NCBI GenBank assembly: GCA_965223855.1
Contig: CBDCXM010000009.1
Coordinates: forward strand, 1,600,001 to 1,664,000
Direction of reading: 5' to 3'
Length of the DNA stretch: 64,000 nt
Origin: Candidatus Multivoradales bacterium
GTDB taxonomy: Bacteria > Acidobacteriota > Thermoanaerobaculia > Multivoradales > JAHEKO01
Shown here: one piece after another, positions 19,014 through 28,291 of the stretch
Position numbering within the stretch: the first letter of the stretch is position 1
Layout of the letters: each line of letters begins with the position of its first letter
Translations under genes and position numbers: made by a program
Notes under the pieces: model-generated
Databases searched by the model: none
What the model was told of the DNA's origin: nothing
The model's input: the letters and a program-made list of their open reading frames with translations, nothing else

Positions 19014-20681
19014 GTGATGGCGAAACTCGAGACGACACTGAAACGCGACGCGACCTTCGCCCAGCGCGCGGCGCACTGGCGGGCGAAGCTCGACGCGATC
19101 GAGGAGGGGGCGGCGCGGATCCGCCAGGGCGGCGGCGAGGCGCGGATGGCGAAGCATCGCGCCAAGGGGAAGATGACCGCTCGTGAACGGATAGAGGCGC
19201 TGTGCGATCCGGGGAGCGACTTCCTGGAGCTCGGCCTGTGGGTCGCCCACGGCTTCTACGAGGAGCACGGCGGGGCGCCGGCCGCCGGCGTCGTCACCGG
19301 GCTGGGGAAGATCCACGACCGCGACGTGGTGGTGGTGGCCAACGACGCCACCGTCAAGGCGGGCGCCTGGTTCCCGCTGACCTGCAAGAAGGTGCTGCGG
19401 GCGCAGGAGATCGCGCTCGAGAACCGGTTGCCGATGGTCTATCTGGTCGACTCGGCGGGGGTGTTCCTGCCGCTCCAGGACGAGATCTTCCCCGACAAGG
19501 AGCACTTCGGCCGCGCCTTCTACAACAACGCCCGGCTCTCTGCCGAGGGGGTGTTCCAGATGGCGGCGATCATGGGGCCGTGCGTCGCCGGCGGTGCCTA
19601 CCTGCCGATCATGAGCGACGAGGCGCACATCGTCGAAGGGACCGGGTCGATCTTCCTCGCCGGCTCTCACCTGGTGAAGGCGGCGATCGGGGAGTCGATC
19701 GACAACGAGGAGCTGGGCGGGGCGATGGTGCAGTGCGACGTCTCCGGGGTCGTCGATCATCGGCATCCCGACGACGCGAGCTGTCTCGCCAAGATCCGCG
19801 CGCAGTTCCGCCAGCTCGGCGAGGCCGGCCGGGCGCCGTTCGCCCGTCAGGCGGCGGTCGAGCCGGAGTACGAGGGGGAGGAGCTCTTCGGCGTGCTGCC
19901 GGTCGATCGTTCGCGCCCGTACGACATGCGCGAGCTGCTCTCGAGGCTCGTCGACGGCAGCGAGCTCGAGGAGTACAAGGCGACCTACGGCCAGACGCTC
20001 GTGTGCGGTACCGGCTGGATCGAGGGGTGGGCGGTCGGCATCGTCGCCAACCAGCGCTCGATCGTCGATCGGCGCACCGGTACCGGCGAGCGCGACAAGG
20101 AGATCCAGATCGGCGGCGTCGTCTACTCGGAGGCGGCCGACAAGGGGGCGCGCTTCGTCGAGCTGTGCAACCAGAAGCGGATCCCGCTGCTGTTCGTCCA
20201 GGACGTCACCGGCTTCATGGTCGGCTCGCGCGCCGAGCGCGGCGGCATCATCAAGGACGGCGCCAAGATGGTAAATGCGGTCGCCAACTCGGTGGTGCCG
20301 AAGATCACGCTGTTCGTCGGCAACTCCTACGGCGCCGGCAACTATGCGATGTGCGGCAAGGCGTACGGGGCGCGCTTCCTCTACGCCTGGCCGTCGGCCT
20401 CGATCGCCGTGATGGGCGGCTCCCAGGCGTCGAAGACGCTGCTGGGCATCCAGCTCAAGAACCGCGGCGCCGACGTGAGCGACGAGGAGAAGCAGGAGCT
20501 GCTGGCGCGGATCGAGAAGCACTACGACGACGCGATGGATCCGCGCTACGCCGCCGCGCGCCTGTGGGTCGACGCGATCATCGATCCGTCCGAGACCCGC
20601 GCCGTGCTGGGCCGCTCGCTGGCGGCGGTCGCCTGCAACCCCGACGTGCCGGAGTTCAAGACCGGCGTGCTGCAGACGTGA
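19014..20681 (+). CDS. Acyl-CoA carboxylase carboxyltransferase (beta) subunit, methylcrotonyl/geranyl-CoA type
   Basis: GKMTARERI, ANDATVKAGA, VDSAG, CVAGGAY, QDVTGFMVG, SYGAGNYAMCG, ARLWVDAII. Confidence 0.9.
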   Translation: MMAKLETTLKRDATFAQRAAHWRAKLDAIEEGAARIRQGGGEARMAKHRAKGKMTARERIEALCDPGSDFLELGLWVAHGFYEEHGGAPAAGVVTGLGKIHDRDVVVVANDATVKAGAWFPLTCKKVLRAQEIALENRLPMVYLVDSAGVFLPLQDEIFPDKEHFGRAFYNNARLSAEGVFQMAAIMGPCVAGGAYLPIMSDEAHIVEGTGSIFLAGSHLVKAAIGESIDNEELGGAMVQCDVSGVVDHRHPDDASCLAKIRAQFRQLGEAGRAPFARQAAVEPEYEGEELFGVLPVDRSRPYDMRELLSRLVDGSELEEYKATYGQTLVCGTGWIEGWAVGIVANQRSIVDRRTGTGERDKEIQIGGVVYSEAADKGARFVELCNQKRIPLLFVQDVTGFMVGSRAERGGIIKDGAKMVNAVANSVVPKITLFVGNSYGAGNYAMCGKAYGARFLYAWPSASIAVMGGSQASKTLLGIQLKNRGADVSDEEKQELLARIEKHYDDAMDPRYAAARLWVDAIIDPSETRAVLGRSLAAVACNPDVPEFKTGVLQT

Positions 20682-20689
20682 CCGCCACG

Positions 20690-21301
20690 ATGGCGCTGGC
20701 ACAGAGAGTTGTCGGCCAGGAGGCGGGTCAGGAGGCGCTGGCGCAGGTCGGGGAGCTCGCCGACCGGATCGGCGGTTCGGTCGGCACGGTCGCCGCCGTC
20801 GTCATCGGCGCCCTGCTGATCCTCTTCGGTCGCAAGCTCTACTGGCTGGCGGCCGGCGTCGTCGGCTTCGGCGCCGTCTTCATGCTCACCCGTCGTCTGG
20901 TGCCCGAGCTCTCCCCGGAGGCGCTCCTCATCACCGCGGTCGTCGCCGGCATCGTCGGCGCGGCGCTGGCAATCTTCGCCCACAAGGTGCTGCTGGGGCT
21001 CGTGGGCGGCGCCGGCGGCGCGCTGATCGGCCTGTGGCAGGCCCAGGCGTGGGGCGTCGAGCAGGGGGTCGGCTGGCTGGTCGCGGCCGTCGTCGGCGGC
21101 CTGCTGGGAGCGTGGCTGGTGGCGAAGCTCTTCGAGTTCGCGCTGGTGCTCCTGAGCTCGCTCCTCGGCGCGCAGCTGGTGGTCGACGGGCTGACGCCGC
21201 CGTCGAAGTGGGTGTTGCCGGTCTTCGTGGTGCTGGTGGCGGTTGGATTGCTCGCGCAGCTTCGCGGCAGGAGACGCAGGAAGAGGTCGGACTCGAGCTG
21301 A
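20690..21301 (+). CDS. Multi-pass membrane protein (DUF4203-like)
   Basis: About seven Gly-rich hydrophobic helices, LLILFGRKLY, basic C-terminus. Confidence 0.7.
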   Translation: MALAQRVVGQEAGQEALAQVGELADRIGGSVGTVAAVVIGALLILFGRKLYWLAAGVVGFGAVFMLTRRLVPELSPEALLITAVVAGIVGAALAIFAHKVLLGLVGGAGGALIGLWQAQAWGVEQGVGWLVAAVVGGLLGAWLVAKLFEFALVLLSSLLGAQLVVDGLTPPSKWVLPVFVVLVAVGLLAQLRGRRRRKRSDSS

Positions 21302-21397
21302 CATGGGCAGATCTGGAATCTGCATGCGGCGTGGGGTGGGTGCGGCTCTATGTCATGATCGAGATAAGGTTCTGATTCTTCGTGTCGAGAGGAGTTC

Positions 21398-24046
21398 GTG
21401 ATGCGAGTCTGGTCACGTTGTCTTGTTTGCTCGTTCCTTGGTTTCGTTCCCGCTGCCATCTCGGAACCAGAGCCGGTCGTGGATCGGGAAGTAGTGCGAG
21501 GGGAGGCGGACACTCTCCTGCTGGGGGAGATGTGGAACGTCGTGGACGAGCATCGGAACTGGCAAAGGCGTGCAGCCCGAGCCGCGGAGCTCGGTGTCTC
21601 GCTAGCCGGAGGCAAGCGTTCTTCCGAGGAGTCCCTCAGCCGACTCGACCGACTGACGGCTTATCTCCCTCGAGAGAGTGGCCGCCGGCGAGTACTCGAA
21701 CGTAAGTGGCGGCGGCTGCGGAGGGAATTGCTCGAGGGCAGGGCCTCGGCAGCGCCGGAAGGCCTGGCGCTGGAGTTCGAAGCTCGGCCGGTACGGCCCG
21801 CGAGCGATTGCGGCGAAGCTGGGGCGGCTCCGCTAAAGGTTGGCGAGGGGCCGGTGAGCTGGGTGGCGGCGGAGTCGGACGAATCGTGGTTCCTGCTCGA
21901 GGGGGTGCCTCTCGAGCCCGCACTTCTGATGACAGTGGGTTCGGCGGCAGACACGCACCTGACGGTCTACGAGGCCTGCAATGGCAAGGTTGTGGCTTCC
22001 AACGACGACGGCTCGGGACTGTGGTCGATGGTCACGGCAGCACTGCCCTTCACCGGCTCGGCGTGGGTGCGAATCACGCGCCTTGCAGGTCGCGCTGGAG
22101 CGCCGATGCGCCTTGTGGCAGAGGGTGGCGACTCAGGAGTCCTCACGGGGAGCGTCGTCGAGGAAGGCTCGGGAGCTCCTCTCCCGTTCGTCAGTGTGGT
22201 GGCCTTGACTTCCCTGGGCTTCTTTGCCGGGTCCGACTGGACCGATTCAGCCGGAATCTACGAGATCGAGGGCCTCGAGGACGGCAGCTACTACCTCCTG
22301 ACGGAGTTTACGGACGAATACGTCGATGAGCTATGGGACGACCATCCGTGCGACCCGATTTGCGACCCTCTCACGGGCGACCTGGTGGCGGTCACGCAGA
22401 CGATTCCCGGAGTGGCGAACTTCGAGCTCTCGCCCGGGGGGATGGCGAGCGGAGTGATCCTCGAAACTGGAGGGGGGCCGCTGGCATCGGATGTCCGGCT
22501 GGAGGATGCTGACGGCTTCATCTCCGAGTTCGCCTCTACTGACGCGGCGGGTCGCTTCACCTTCACCGGGCTGCCGACGGGAACCTACTTCGTCTACACG
22601 AGGAGCTTCGAAGGCTTCAGGGACGAGGTCTTCGACGACATTCCGTGTGTCGATTTCTGCGATCCTCAGAGCGGAACTCCGATTGCCGTGACCCAGGGAG
22701 TCGAGACGACCGGGATCGACTTTTCTCTGGATCGCCTAGGTACGCTCGCAGGGAGAGTGGTGCAGTCATCGACTGGACAACCGATCCCGTTCGCGAACCT
22801 GCGGGTGGTGTCTGCCGCAGACGGCGGATCGTCCGACTTCCCGGATGCTGACGTGGGCGGCTACTGGCGCAGCCGCGGTCTCGAACCCGGCACGTACTTC
22901 GTCGCGACGAGCGAGTCGGACGTCTATCGCAACGAGGTGTTCGACGGCGTTCCGTGCGGCACGAGCTGCGATCCCCAGAGCGGCACCCCTATCTCTCTAG
23001 GGATCGATGAAGAGGTGGGGGGTATCGATTTCGCTCTCGAGCGTTTGGGCTGGCTGTCCGGCAGGGTCAGTGACGCAGCTTCCGGAGCGGCGGTGCTCGA
23101 TATCGATGTTGAGCTATGGCTGGATGACTCCACCTTTGTGGATTGGACGCAGCCATTCTCCTCGGGGTACTTCGAGGTTACCGATCTCCACCCGGACTCC
23201 TACCTGGTGGTGACAGCAGAGAGTGAAACGCACATCGACGAGGCTTGGGACGGTGTCCCGTGTCCCTTCGGGCCCTTCGACGGTTGCCTTCCCTCTGACG
23301 GAAGCCCGGTTGCGGTGGCGTTGGCGGCTGGCACGGGGGGCATCGACTTCGAGCTCGACCTGGGAGGTTCGGTGACGGGAAGGGTTTCCGACGAGTTCCT
23401 CGGCGAGGGGCTCGAGGGCGTGGGAGCTGCTCTCACCGACTCCGCAGGAGTCCAGCGCCGGTATTCCGATCTGAGCGATGGAAGAATCGGTTTTTTCGGC
23501 CTCCCGGCTGGCGACTATCGCGTCTTCAGCGACACGTTCACCCACCTCAACGAGGTCTGGGACGACATTCCCTGTGGCTCGATCTGCGACCCGCTGGCGG
23601 GGGATCCGATCGCGGTTTCGCTTGGGGAGGAAACGGCGGGCATCGACCTCGCGCTCGCCCTTGAGGGAGGTCTTCGCGGCACCATTACCAACGCTCTCGG
23701 TGAACCGGTGGAAGGTGTCATCCTGCATGTCTGGACCGACGACGGCCAGATCGTGGCGGCCGGTGCCAGCGACGAGAACGGGCGCTACCAGGTCGATCTC
23801 GAATCGGGCGTCTACTACGTCTCGACCGAGAACTCGCTCGGCGTGCCGGAGGAGCTGTGGGACGACATTCCCTGCCCCGGCGGACCCGCCAGCCAGGGGG
23901 GGTGCGACCCGACCACCGGCGATCCGGTTACCGTCGTCGGTGCCCAGGCAGCGGTCGCCGGCATCGACTTCGAGCTCGGCTCGACGATCTTCGCCGACGG
24001 CTTCGAGTCCGGCGACACCTCGGCCTGGTCGGTGACGGTGCCTTAG
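21398..24046 (+). CDS. Large secreted protein: PPC-like domain, six carboxypeptidase-regulatory-like (transthyretin-fold) repeats with Cys loops, C-terminal DGFESGDTSAWS tail
   Basis: AGGAG RBS; DTHLTVY...SNDD; six roughly 100-aa repeats GxxxGxV...G.Y...E.(W/F)D..PC..C.P..G...IDF.L; ends TIFADGFESGDTSAWSVTVP. Confidence 0.85.
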   Translation: MMRVWSRCLVCSFLGFVPAAISEPEPVVDREVVRGEADTLLLGEMWNVVDEHRNWQRRAARAAELGVSLAGGKRSSEESLSRLDRLTAYLPRESGRRRVLERKWRRLRRELLEGRASAAPEGLALEFEARPVRPASDCGEAGAAPLKVGEGPVSWVAAESDESWFLLEGVPLEPALLMTVGSAADTHLTVYEACNGKVVASNDDGSGLWSMVTAALPFTGSAWVRITRLAGRAGAPMRLVAEGGDSGVLTGSVVEEGSGAPLPFVSVVALTSLGFFAGSDWTDSAGIYEIEGLEDGSYYLLTEFTDEYVDELWDDHPCDPICDPLTGDLVAVTQTIPGVANFELSPGGMASGVILETGGGPLASDVRLEDADGFISEFASTDAAGRFTFTGLPTGTYFVYTRSFEGFRDEVFDDIPCVDFCDPQSGTPIAVTQGVETTGIDFSLDRLGTLAGRVVQSSTGQPIPFANLRVVSAADGGSSDFPDADVGGYWRSRGLEPGTYFVATSESDVYRNEVFDGVPCGTSCDPQSGTPISLGIDEEVGGIDFALERLGWLSGRVSDAASGAAVLDIDVELWLDDSTFVDWTQPFSSGYFEVTDLHPDSYLVVTAESETHIDEAWDGVPCPFGPFDGCLPSDGSPVAVALAAGTGGIDFELDLGGSVTGRVSDEFLGEGLEGVGAALTDSAGVQRRYSDLSDGRIGFFGLPAGDYRVFSDTFTHLNEVWDDIPCGSICDPLAGDPIAVSLGEETAGIDLALALEGGLRGTITNALGEPVEGVILHVWTDDGQIVAAGASDENGRYQVDLESGVYYVSTENSLGVPEELWDDIPCPGGPASQGGCDPTTGDPVTVVGAQAAVAGIDFELGSTIFADGFESGDTSAWSVTVP

Positions 24047-24052
24047 GGCCTT

Positions 24053-25360
24053 CTAGCCTTCTTCGCCCTCGCGACTGCGATCGAGCTCGGCCGCCTGCGC
24101 GAGCCACTCGTCCCGCTCGATGCGATCGGGGAAGGTGCCGAGGTGGGAAGCGACCCAGTCGATGTTGGAGGGACTCCAAGAGGCGATCTGGCGGTAGTGG
24201 TAGACGCCGAGCTCGTTGAGCGTCGCCTCCAGGACCTGGCCGATGCCGCGGATCTTCTTGAGGTCGTCCCGCTCTCCCTCGGGGGCTTCGAGCAGCTCGG
24301 GGCCCTCTCCGGGGACCGGCTGCTCGGCCTTTGAAGTCGCAGGGGTGCCGTCGATGTCGACGAGCCTTGCTTCGAGGAGCGCCTCGAGCTCGCCCCGGGC
24401 CTGTTCGCGAGCCGTCTCGGCGCGCTCGGCGCGTTGGATCGCCTCGCGCAGCTGCTCTTCGAGCTCGCGGCTCTGCTCGCCTCCGGACTCCGCCGCCGAA
24501 CGCAACTGTTCGACCTCCTCTTCGAGGCCGGCGCGACTGGCGATGTGCGCCTCGAGATCGGCGATGCGGGCGCTGCGCCGGGAGAGCTCCTCGCGCAGGC
24601 TCTCGGTCTCTTCGGACGGGGCCGCGTCCGCGCCGGCGAGCCGACTCCTCAGGTGCCCGATCTCCTCGGCGACGGCGTCGCGCTCGGTCGTGGCGCGCTC
24701 GAGCTGGTGCCGCAGGTGGCGGGCCTCCTCCTCGCGCTTCGCTTCACCGAGCATCCACTCCTGAAACTCCGCCTTGACCTTGCGCAGCCGGTCGAGCTCG
24801 AGCCTGAGCGGCCCGAGGTCGGCGTCCGGGGTGCGGGAACGCTCGAACTCGGCGATCTGGTGGCGACCGCGGGCGACGGCCGCCTCGAGCTCGGCGATCC
24901 GCTCCCGGGAGCGGGCGAGTTCGTCGCTGAGCCGATCCAGATCCTCGTCGGTCTGGCGGCGCGCGGCGTCGAGATCCGCGCGCTCGCGGCGCCAGCGCTC
25001 GATCTCTCCCCGCAGCGCGCCGATCTCGGCGTCGCGCTCTTCGACCTCGCGCTCCCCCTGCTGGCGCTCCTCCGCCAGCAGGCGCTCGGATTCGCTCAGG
25101 TTGACGGCGACTTTGGCGGCACGCTGGTTGGCACGCTCGAGGTCGCCGCGGGCGGTGGCGAGTTCGTTGTCGAGCTCTTCCTCACGCGCCTGGAGGCCGC
25201 GGTTCTCGTCCTCGATCGCCAGCAGGCGCCGCTCCCACCCCTCCTCGGCGTCCGCGAGCCGGGCGCCGGCGCTGCTGCGCCCCAGCCACCAGCCGAGGAG
25301 CAGGCCGAGGAGGCCCGTCGCCAGCAAGCACAACGCGATCTGACCAACGAGGAAAGCCAT
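24053..25360 (-). CDS. Membrane-anchored coiled-coil protein with C-terminal helix-hairpin-helix domain (COG3743-like)
   Basis: N-terminal TM, about 300 aa of heptad-rich sequence, DDLKKIRGIG...LNELGVYHYRQIASW...IERDEW. Confidence 0.75.
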   Translation of the reverse strand: MAFLVGQIALCLLATGLLGLLLGWWLGRSSAGARLADAEEGWERRLLAIEDENRGLQAREEELDNELATARGDLERANQRAAKVAVNLSESERLLAEERQQGEREVEERDAEIGALRGEIERWRRERADLDAARRQTDEDLDRLSDELARSRERIAELEAAVARGRHQIAEFERSRTPDADLGPLRLELDRLRKVKAEFQEWMLGEAKREEEARHLRHQLERATTERDAVAEEIGHLRSRLAGADAAPSEETESLREELSRRSARIADLEAHIASRAGLEEEVEQLRSAAESGGEQSRELEEQLREAIQRAERAETAREQARGELEALLEARLVDIDGTPATSKAEQPVPGEGPELLEAPEGERDDLKKIRGIGQVLEATLNELGVYHYRQIASWSPSNIDWVASHLGTFPDRIERDEWLAQAAELDRSREGEEG

Positions 25361-25473
25361 GGTTCCCGCCTCCGGTGAGAGGCTCGTGTCGGGGAAAGGC
25401 TCCAGGAGCCGACCCGCCCTGTCCGTGAACGGCGCAGGCTACCACGGCGTGGCGGTCGCCTCTGCGCGGCGGA

Positions 25474-26373
25474 TCAGCCGTAGCTTTCGTGGTGAATCCG
25501 GGCCGCCGGAACGCCGAGATCGTCGAGTGCCGTGAGCACACTCTCGAGGAAACGCGGCTTCGGCTCCTCCCCGGCGTCGCGTGCCGCTTTGCGGTCCCAC
25601 TTGCTGATCCCGGGGCCGCAGGCGAACACCTCGACGGCCCCCGGATCGGTGACGCATTCGGCGAGAAGCGCGGCGTCGATACGCCCCTTCCGGTACTCGG
25701 GACCGTGACGCTCCGGATCGTCCTCACGACTCAGCGCATGGACCACCCGCAGGCGGTCGGGGTAGTCGCGTGCGAGGCGGTCGAGGTCGCGACGGAAGAT
25801 GACCGATTCGCGCTCGCGGTTGCCGTAGACGAAGGTGTGCCGCAGCGCCAGGTCGTTCGCCAGCGCGTGCTTGAGGATGCTGAAGTTGGGGACGACGCCG
25901 GAGCCGGCGCAGACGTGCAGCAGGTGGTCGGTGCGCTCTTCGATGTCCGCCGGCAGCACGTAGGGGCCGCTGAAGCCTGTGACGGTCATCCGCGTGCCGC
26001 GCGGAGTGCGGTGGACCAGCAGCGGCGAGAGCAGCGGCGGGAACTCGGTCACGCCGCTGGTGTAGGCCTCCTCCTTCACCGTGATCGCCAGGTAGTCCTC
26101 ATGGGGCGCGGAGGAGAGCGAGTAGGCGCGCTGCGGCTCCCGCTTGCCCTTGATGTCCTCGAGGTAGGCGATGAAGCGCTCGAGGGCGGGGAACTGGTGC
26201 GGGTCGATGGTGAGGAAGTGCCCCGCCTCGTACTCGAGCTTGTCGTTGCCGGTGAAGAGCAGCAGGGTCGCCGCATCTGGAGTCTCGACGATGACATCGG
26301 CGACCATCACCTCGAGCCTCTTGATCTTCTTGCGTGGCCGTGCCGGCGCGGTCGTTTCCTCGGTTGCGATCAT
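25474..26373 (-). CDS. FAD/NAD(P)H-binding oxidoreductase, ferredoxin-NADP reductase superfamily
   Basis: RAYSLSS, AGSGVVP, FVYGNR, FACGP, IHHESYG; no 2Fe-2S domain. Confidence 0.85.
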   Translation of the reverse strand: MIATEETTAPARPRKKIKRLEVMVADVIVETPDAATLLLFTGNDKLEYEAGHFLTIDPHQFPALERFIAYLEDIKGKREPQRAYSLSSAPHEDYLAITVKEEAYTSGVTEFPPLLSPLLVHRTPRGTRMTVTGFSGPYVLPADIEERTDHLLHVCAGSGVVPNFSILKHALANDLALRHTFVYGNRERESVIFRRDLDRLARDYPDRLRVVHALSREDDPERHGPEYRKGRIDAALLAECVTDPGAVEVFACGPGISKWDRKAARDAGEEPKPRFLESVLTALDDLGVPAARIHHESYG

Positions 26374-26556
26374 CGGGTCCTGCCTCCTTCTTCACCTCGG
26401 GCGAGAGGGCACCGCTCAGTCGGTGTGGGACGAGGTTGGCGAAAGCGGGGTTACAGGAGGTTTACGGTGCGGGCGCGAGGTCCGGACTCGCCGGCACCGC
26501 ACGGGCCGCTCGGGGATCGAGCGGGGTGCTATCTTCCGGGCCATGAGGCGGGCGGC

Positions 26557-27924
26557 ATGAAGACGGTTCGAATCGGCAACGGCCAGGGGTTCTGGGGCGA
26601 CAGCGTCGACGCCCCGGTGGAGCTGCTGCGAGGCGGCGAGATCGACTACATCGGCATGGACTATCTGGCCGAGGTGACGCTGTCGATCATGATGCGGCAG
26701 AAGCTCAAGAACCCCGAGATGGGGTACGCCACCGACTTCATCGGCTTCGTCGAGCGAGTGCTGCCGGAGCTGGTGGAGAGGAACGTCCGCATCCTCTGCA
26801 ACGCCGGTGGGCTCAACCCGCACGGTGCCCGCGCGAAGATCTTCGAGGTGGCGAAGAAGCTCGGGGTGAGCGGCTTCAAGGTCGGGGTGGTCGAGGGGGA
26901 CGACATCCTGCCGCGGCTGCCGGAGCTGATCGCGGCAGGCCACGACCTCGCCGACATGGAGAGCGGCGAGCCGATGTCGACCGTCGTCGAGCGGGTGACG
27001 AGCGCCAACGCCTACCTCGGCGCCCGGCCGGTGGTCGAGGCGCTCGACCAGGGCGCGCTGATCGTGCTGTGCGGGCGGGTCACCGACACCGCGCTCGCGC
27101 TCGCGCCGATGGCGCACGAGTTCGGCTGGAGCTTCGACGACTGGGATCTGATGGCGGCGGGCACGGTCGCCGGTCACATCATCGAGTGCGGCGCCCAGTG
27201 CACCGGCGGCAACTTCTCGCGCTGGTGGGAGGTCGAGGACCTGTGGAACGTCGGCTACCCGGTGGTCGAGGCGCACGAGGACGGCACCTTCGTCGTCACC
27301 AAGCACGAGGGGACGGGCGGCATGGTGACCGTCGAGACGGTCTCCGAGCAGCTGCTCTACGAGATGGGGAACCCGGAGGCCTACATCGGCCCCGACTGCG
27401 TCGCCGACTTCACGTCGATCCGCCTCGAGCAGCAGGGCGAAGACCGTGTGCATGTCTCCGGAGTTCGCGGAGCGCCGCGCACGGAGACGCTCAAGATCTC
27501 GGCGTCGTACCTCGAGGGATACAAGGCGAGCGGGCAGCTGACCGTCTCGGGCCCGCGGGCGGTCGAGAAGGCCGAGCTCGCCGCCGAGACGGTGTGGAAG
27601 CGGCTCGAGCGTGCCGGCGTCTCCTTCGAGGAGGCGCAGAAGACGGTCGAGCTGGTCGGCATCGGCGCCTGCCTGCCGGGAATCACGCCGGCGCCCGACG
27701 ATCCGCCGGAAGTGGTGCTGCGGCTCGGGGTCCACGACGGCGACCGGGGGAAGGTCGAGCGCTTCGGCAAGGAGATCGCACCACTCGTGACCAGCGGCCC
27801 GCCCGGCGTCACCGGTTTCGCCGGCGGGCGGCCGAAGCCGCAGCAGGTGGTCGCCTACTGGCCGGCGCTGCTGGCGCGCGACGAGGTCGAACGGCACGTG
27901 ACCGTGGACGTGGAGGAAGCATGA
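26557..27924 (+). CDS. atuA: Acyclic terpene utilisation AtuA family protein (DUF1446), N-terminal domain
   Basis: RIGNGQGFWGD, DYLAEVT, NAGGLNP, ANAYLGA, GRVTD, GHIIECG, EQLLYE. Confidence 0.85.
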   Translation: MKTVRIGNGQGFWGDSVDAPVELLRGGEIDYIGMDYLAEVTLSIMMRQKLKNPEMGYATDFIGFVERVLPELVERNVRILCNAGGLNPHGARAKIFEVAKKLGVSGFKVGVVEGDDILPRLPELIAAGHDLADMESGEPMSTVVERVTSANAYLGARPVVEALDQGALIVLCGRVTDTALALAPMAHEFGWSFDDWDLMAAGTVAGHIIECGAQCTGGNFSRWWEVEDLWNVGYPVVEAHEDGTFVVTKHEGTGGMVTVETVSEQLLYEMGNPEAYIGPDCVADFTSIRLEQQGEDRVHVSGVRGAPRTETLKISASYLEGYKASGQLTVSGPRAVEKAELAAETVWKRLERAGVSFEEAQKTVELVGIGACLPGITPAPDDPPEVVLRLGVHDGDRGKVERFGKEIAPLVTSGPPGVTGFAGGRPKPQQVVAYWPALLARDEVERHVTVDVEEA

Positions 27925-28256
27925 AGGTCCCTCTCTATCGCGTCGCCCACGCCCGCTCGGGCGACAAGGGCGACGGCTCGAACGTCGGTTTGATCGCCGA
28001 CTCGGCCGAGCTCTTCGAGGCGATCGCGCCGCAGTTGACGGCCGAAGCGGTCAAGGAGCACTTCCGCGAGGTGTGCAAGGGGGAGGTCGAGCGCTTCGAG
28101 GTGCCGAACCTCCATGCGCTCAACTTCCTGCTCCACGACTCGCTCGGCGGCGGCGGCACCGAGAGCCAGAAGACCGACGCCCAGGGCAAGACCCACGGGC
28201 AGGGGCTGTTGACGATGCTGGTCGAGGTGCCGGACCACCTCGTGCCTTCCCGCTGA
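27921..28256 (+). CDS. Small AtuA C-terminal-like protein
   Basis: AHARSGDKGD, ALNFLLHDSLGGGG, DAQGK; ATGA coupling with GGAGG RBS. Confidence 0.85.
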   Translation: MKVPLYRVAHARSGDKGDGSNVGLIADSAELFEAIAPQLTAEAVKEHFREVCKGEVERFEVPNLHALNFLLHDSLGGGGTESQKTDAQGKTHGQGLLTMLVEVPDHLVPSR

Positions 28257-28291
28257 GCACCCACCTGATGAGCACCCACCCGATGAGCACC
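28254..28291 (+). repeat. 15-bp tandem repeat across a stop/start junction
   Basis: TGAGCACCCACCTGA / TGAGCACCCACCCGA / TGAGCACC. Confidence 0.8.

Noticed and set aside
21301-24046. Prophage or integrative island
   Set aside because: No integrase, transposase, tRNA target or flanking direct repeats seen; only a compositional shift
26557-28256. AtuA split read as a frameshifted pseudogene
   Set aside because: The second part has its own GGAGG RBS and an ATGA overlap, and both parts keep their motifs, consistent with a real two-gene form
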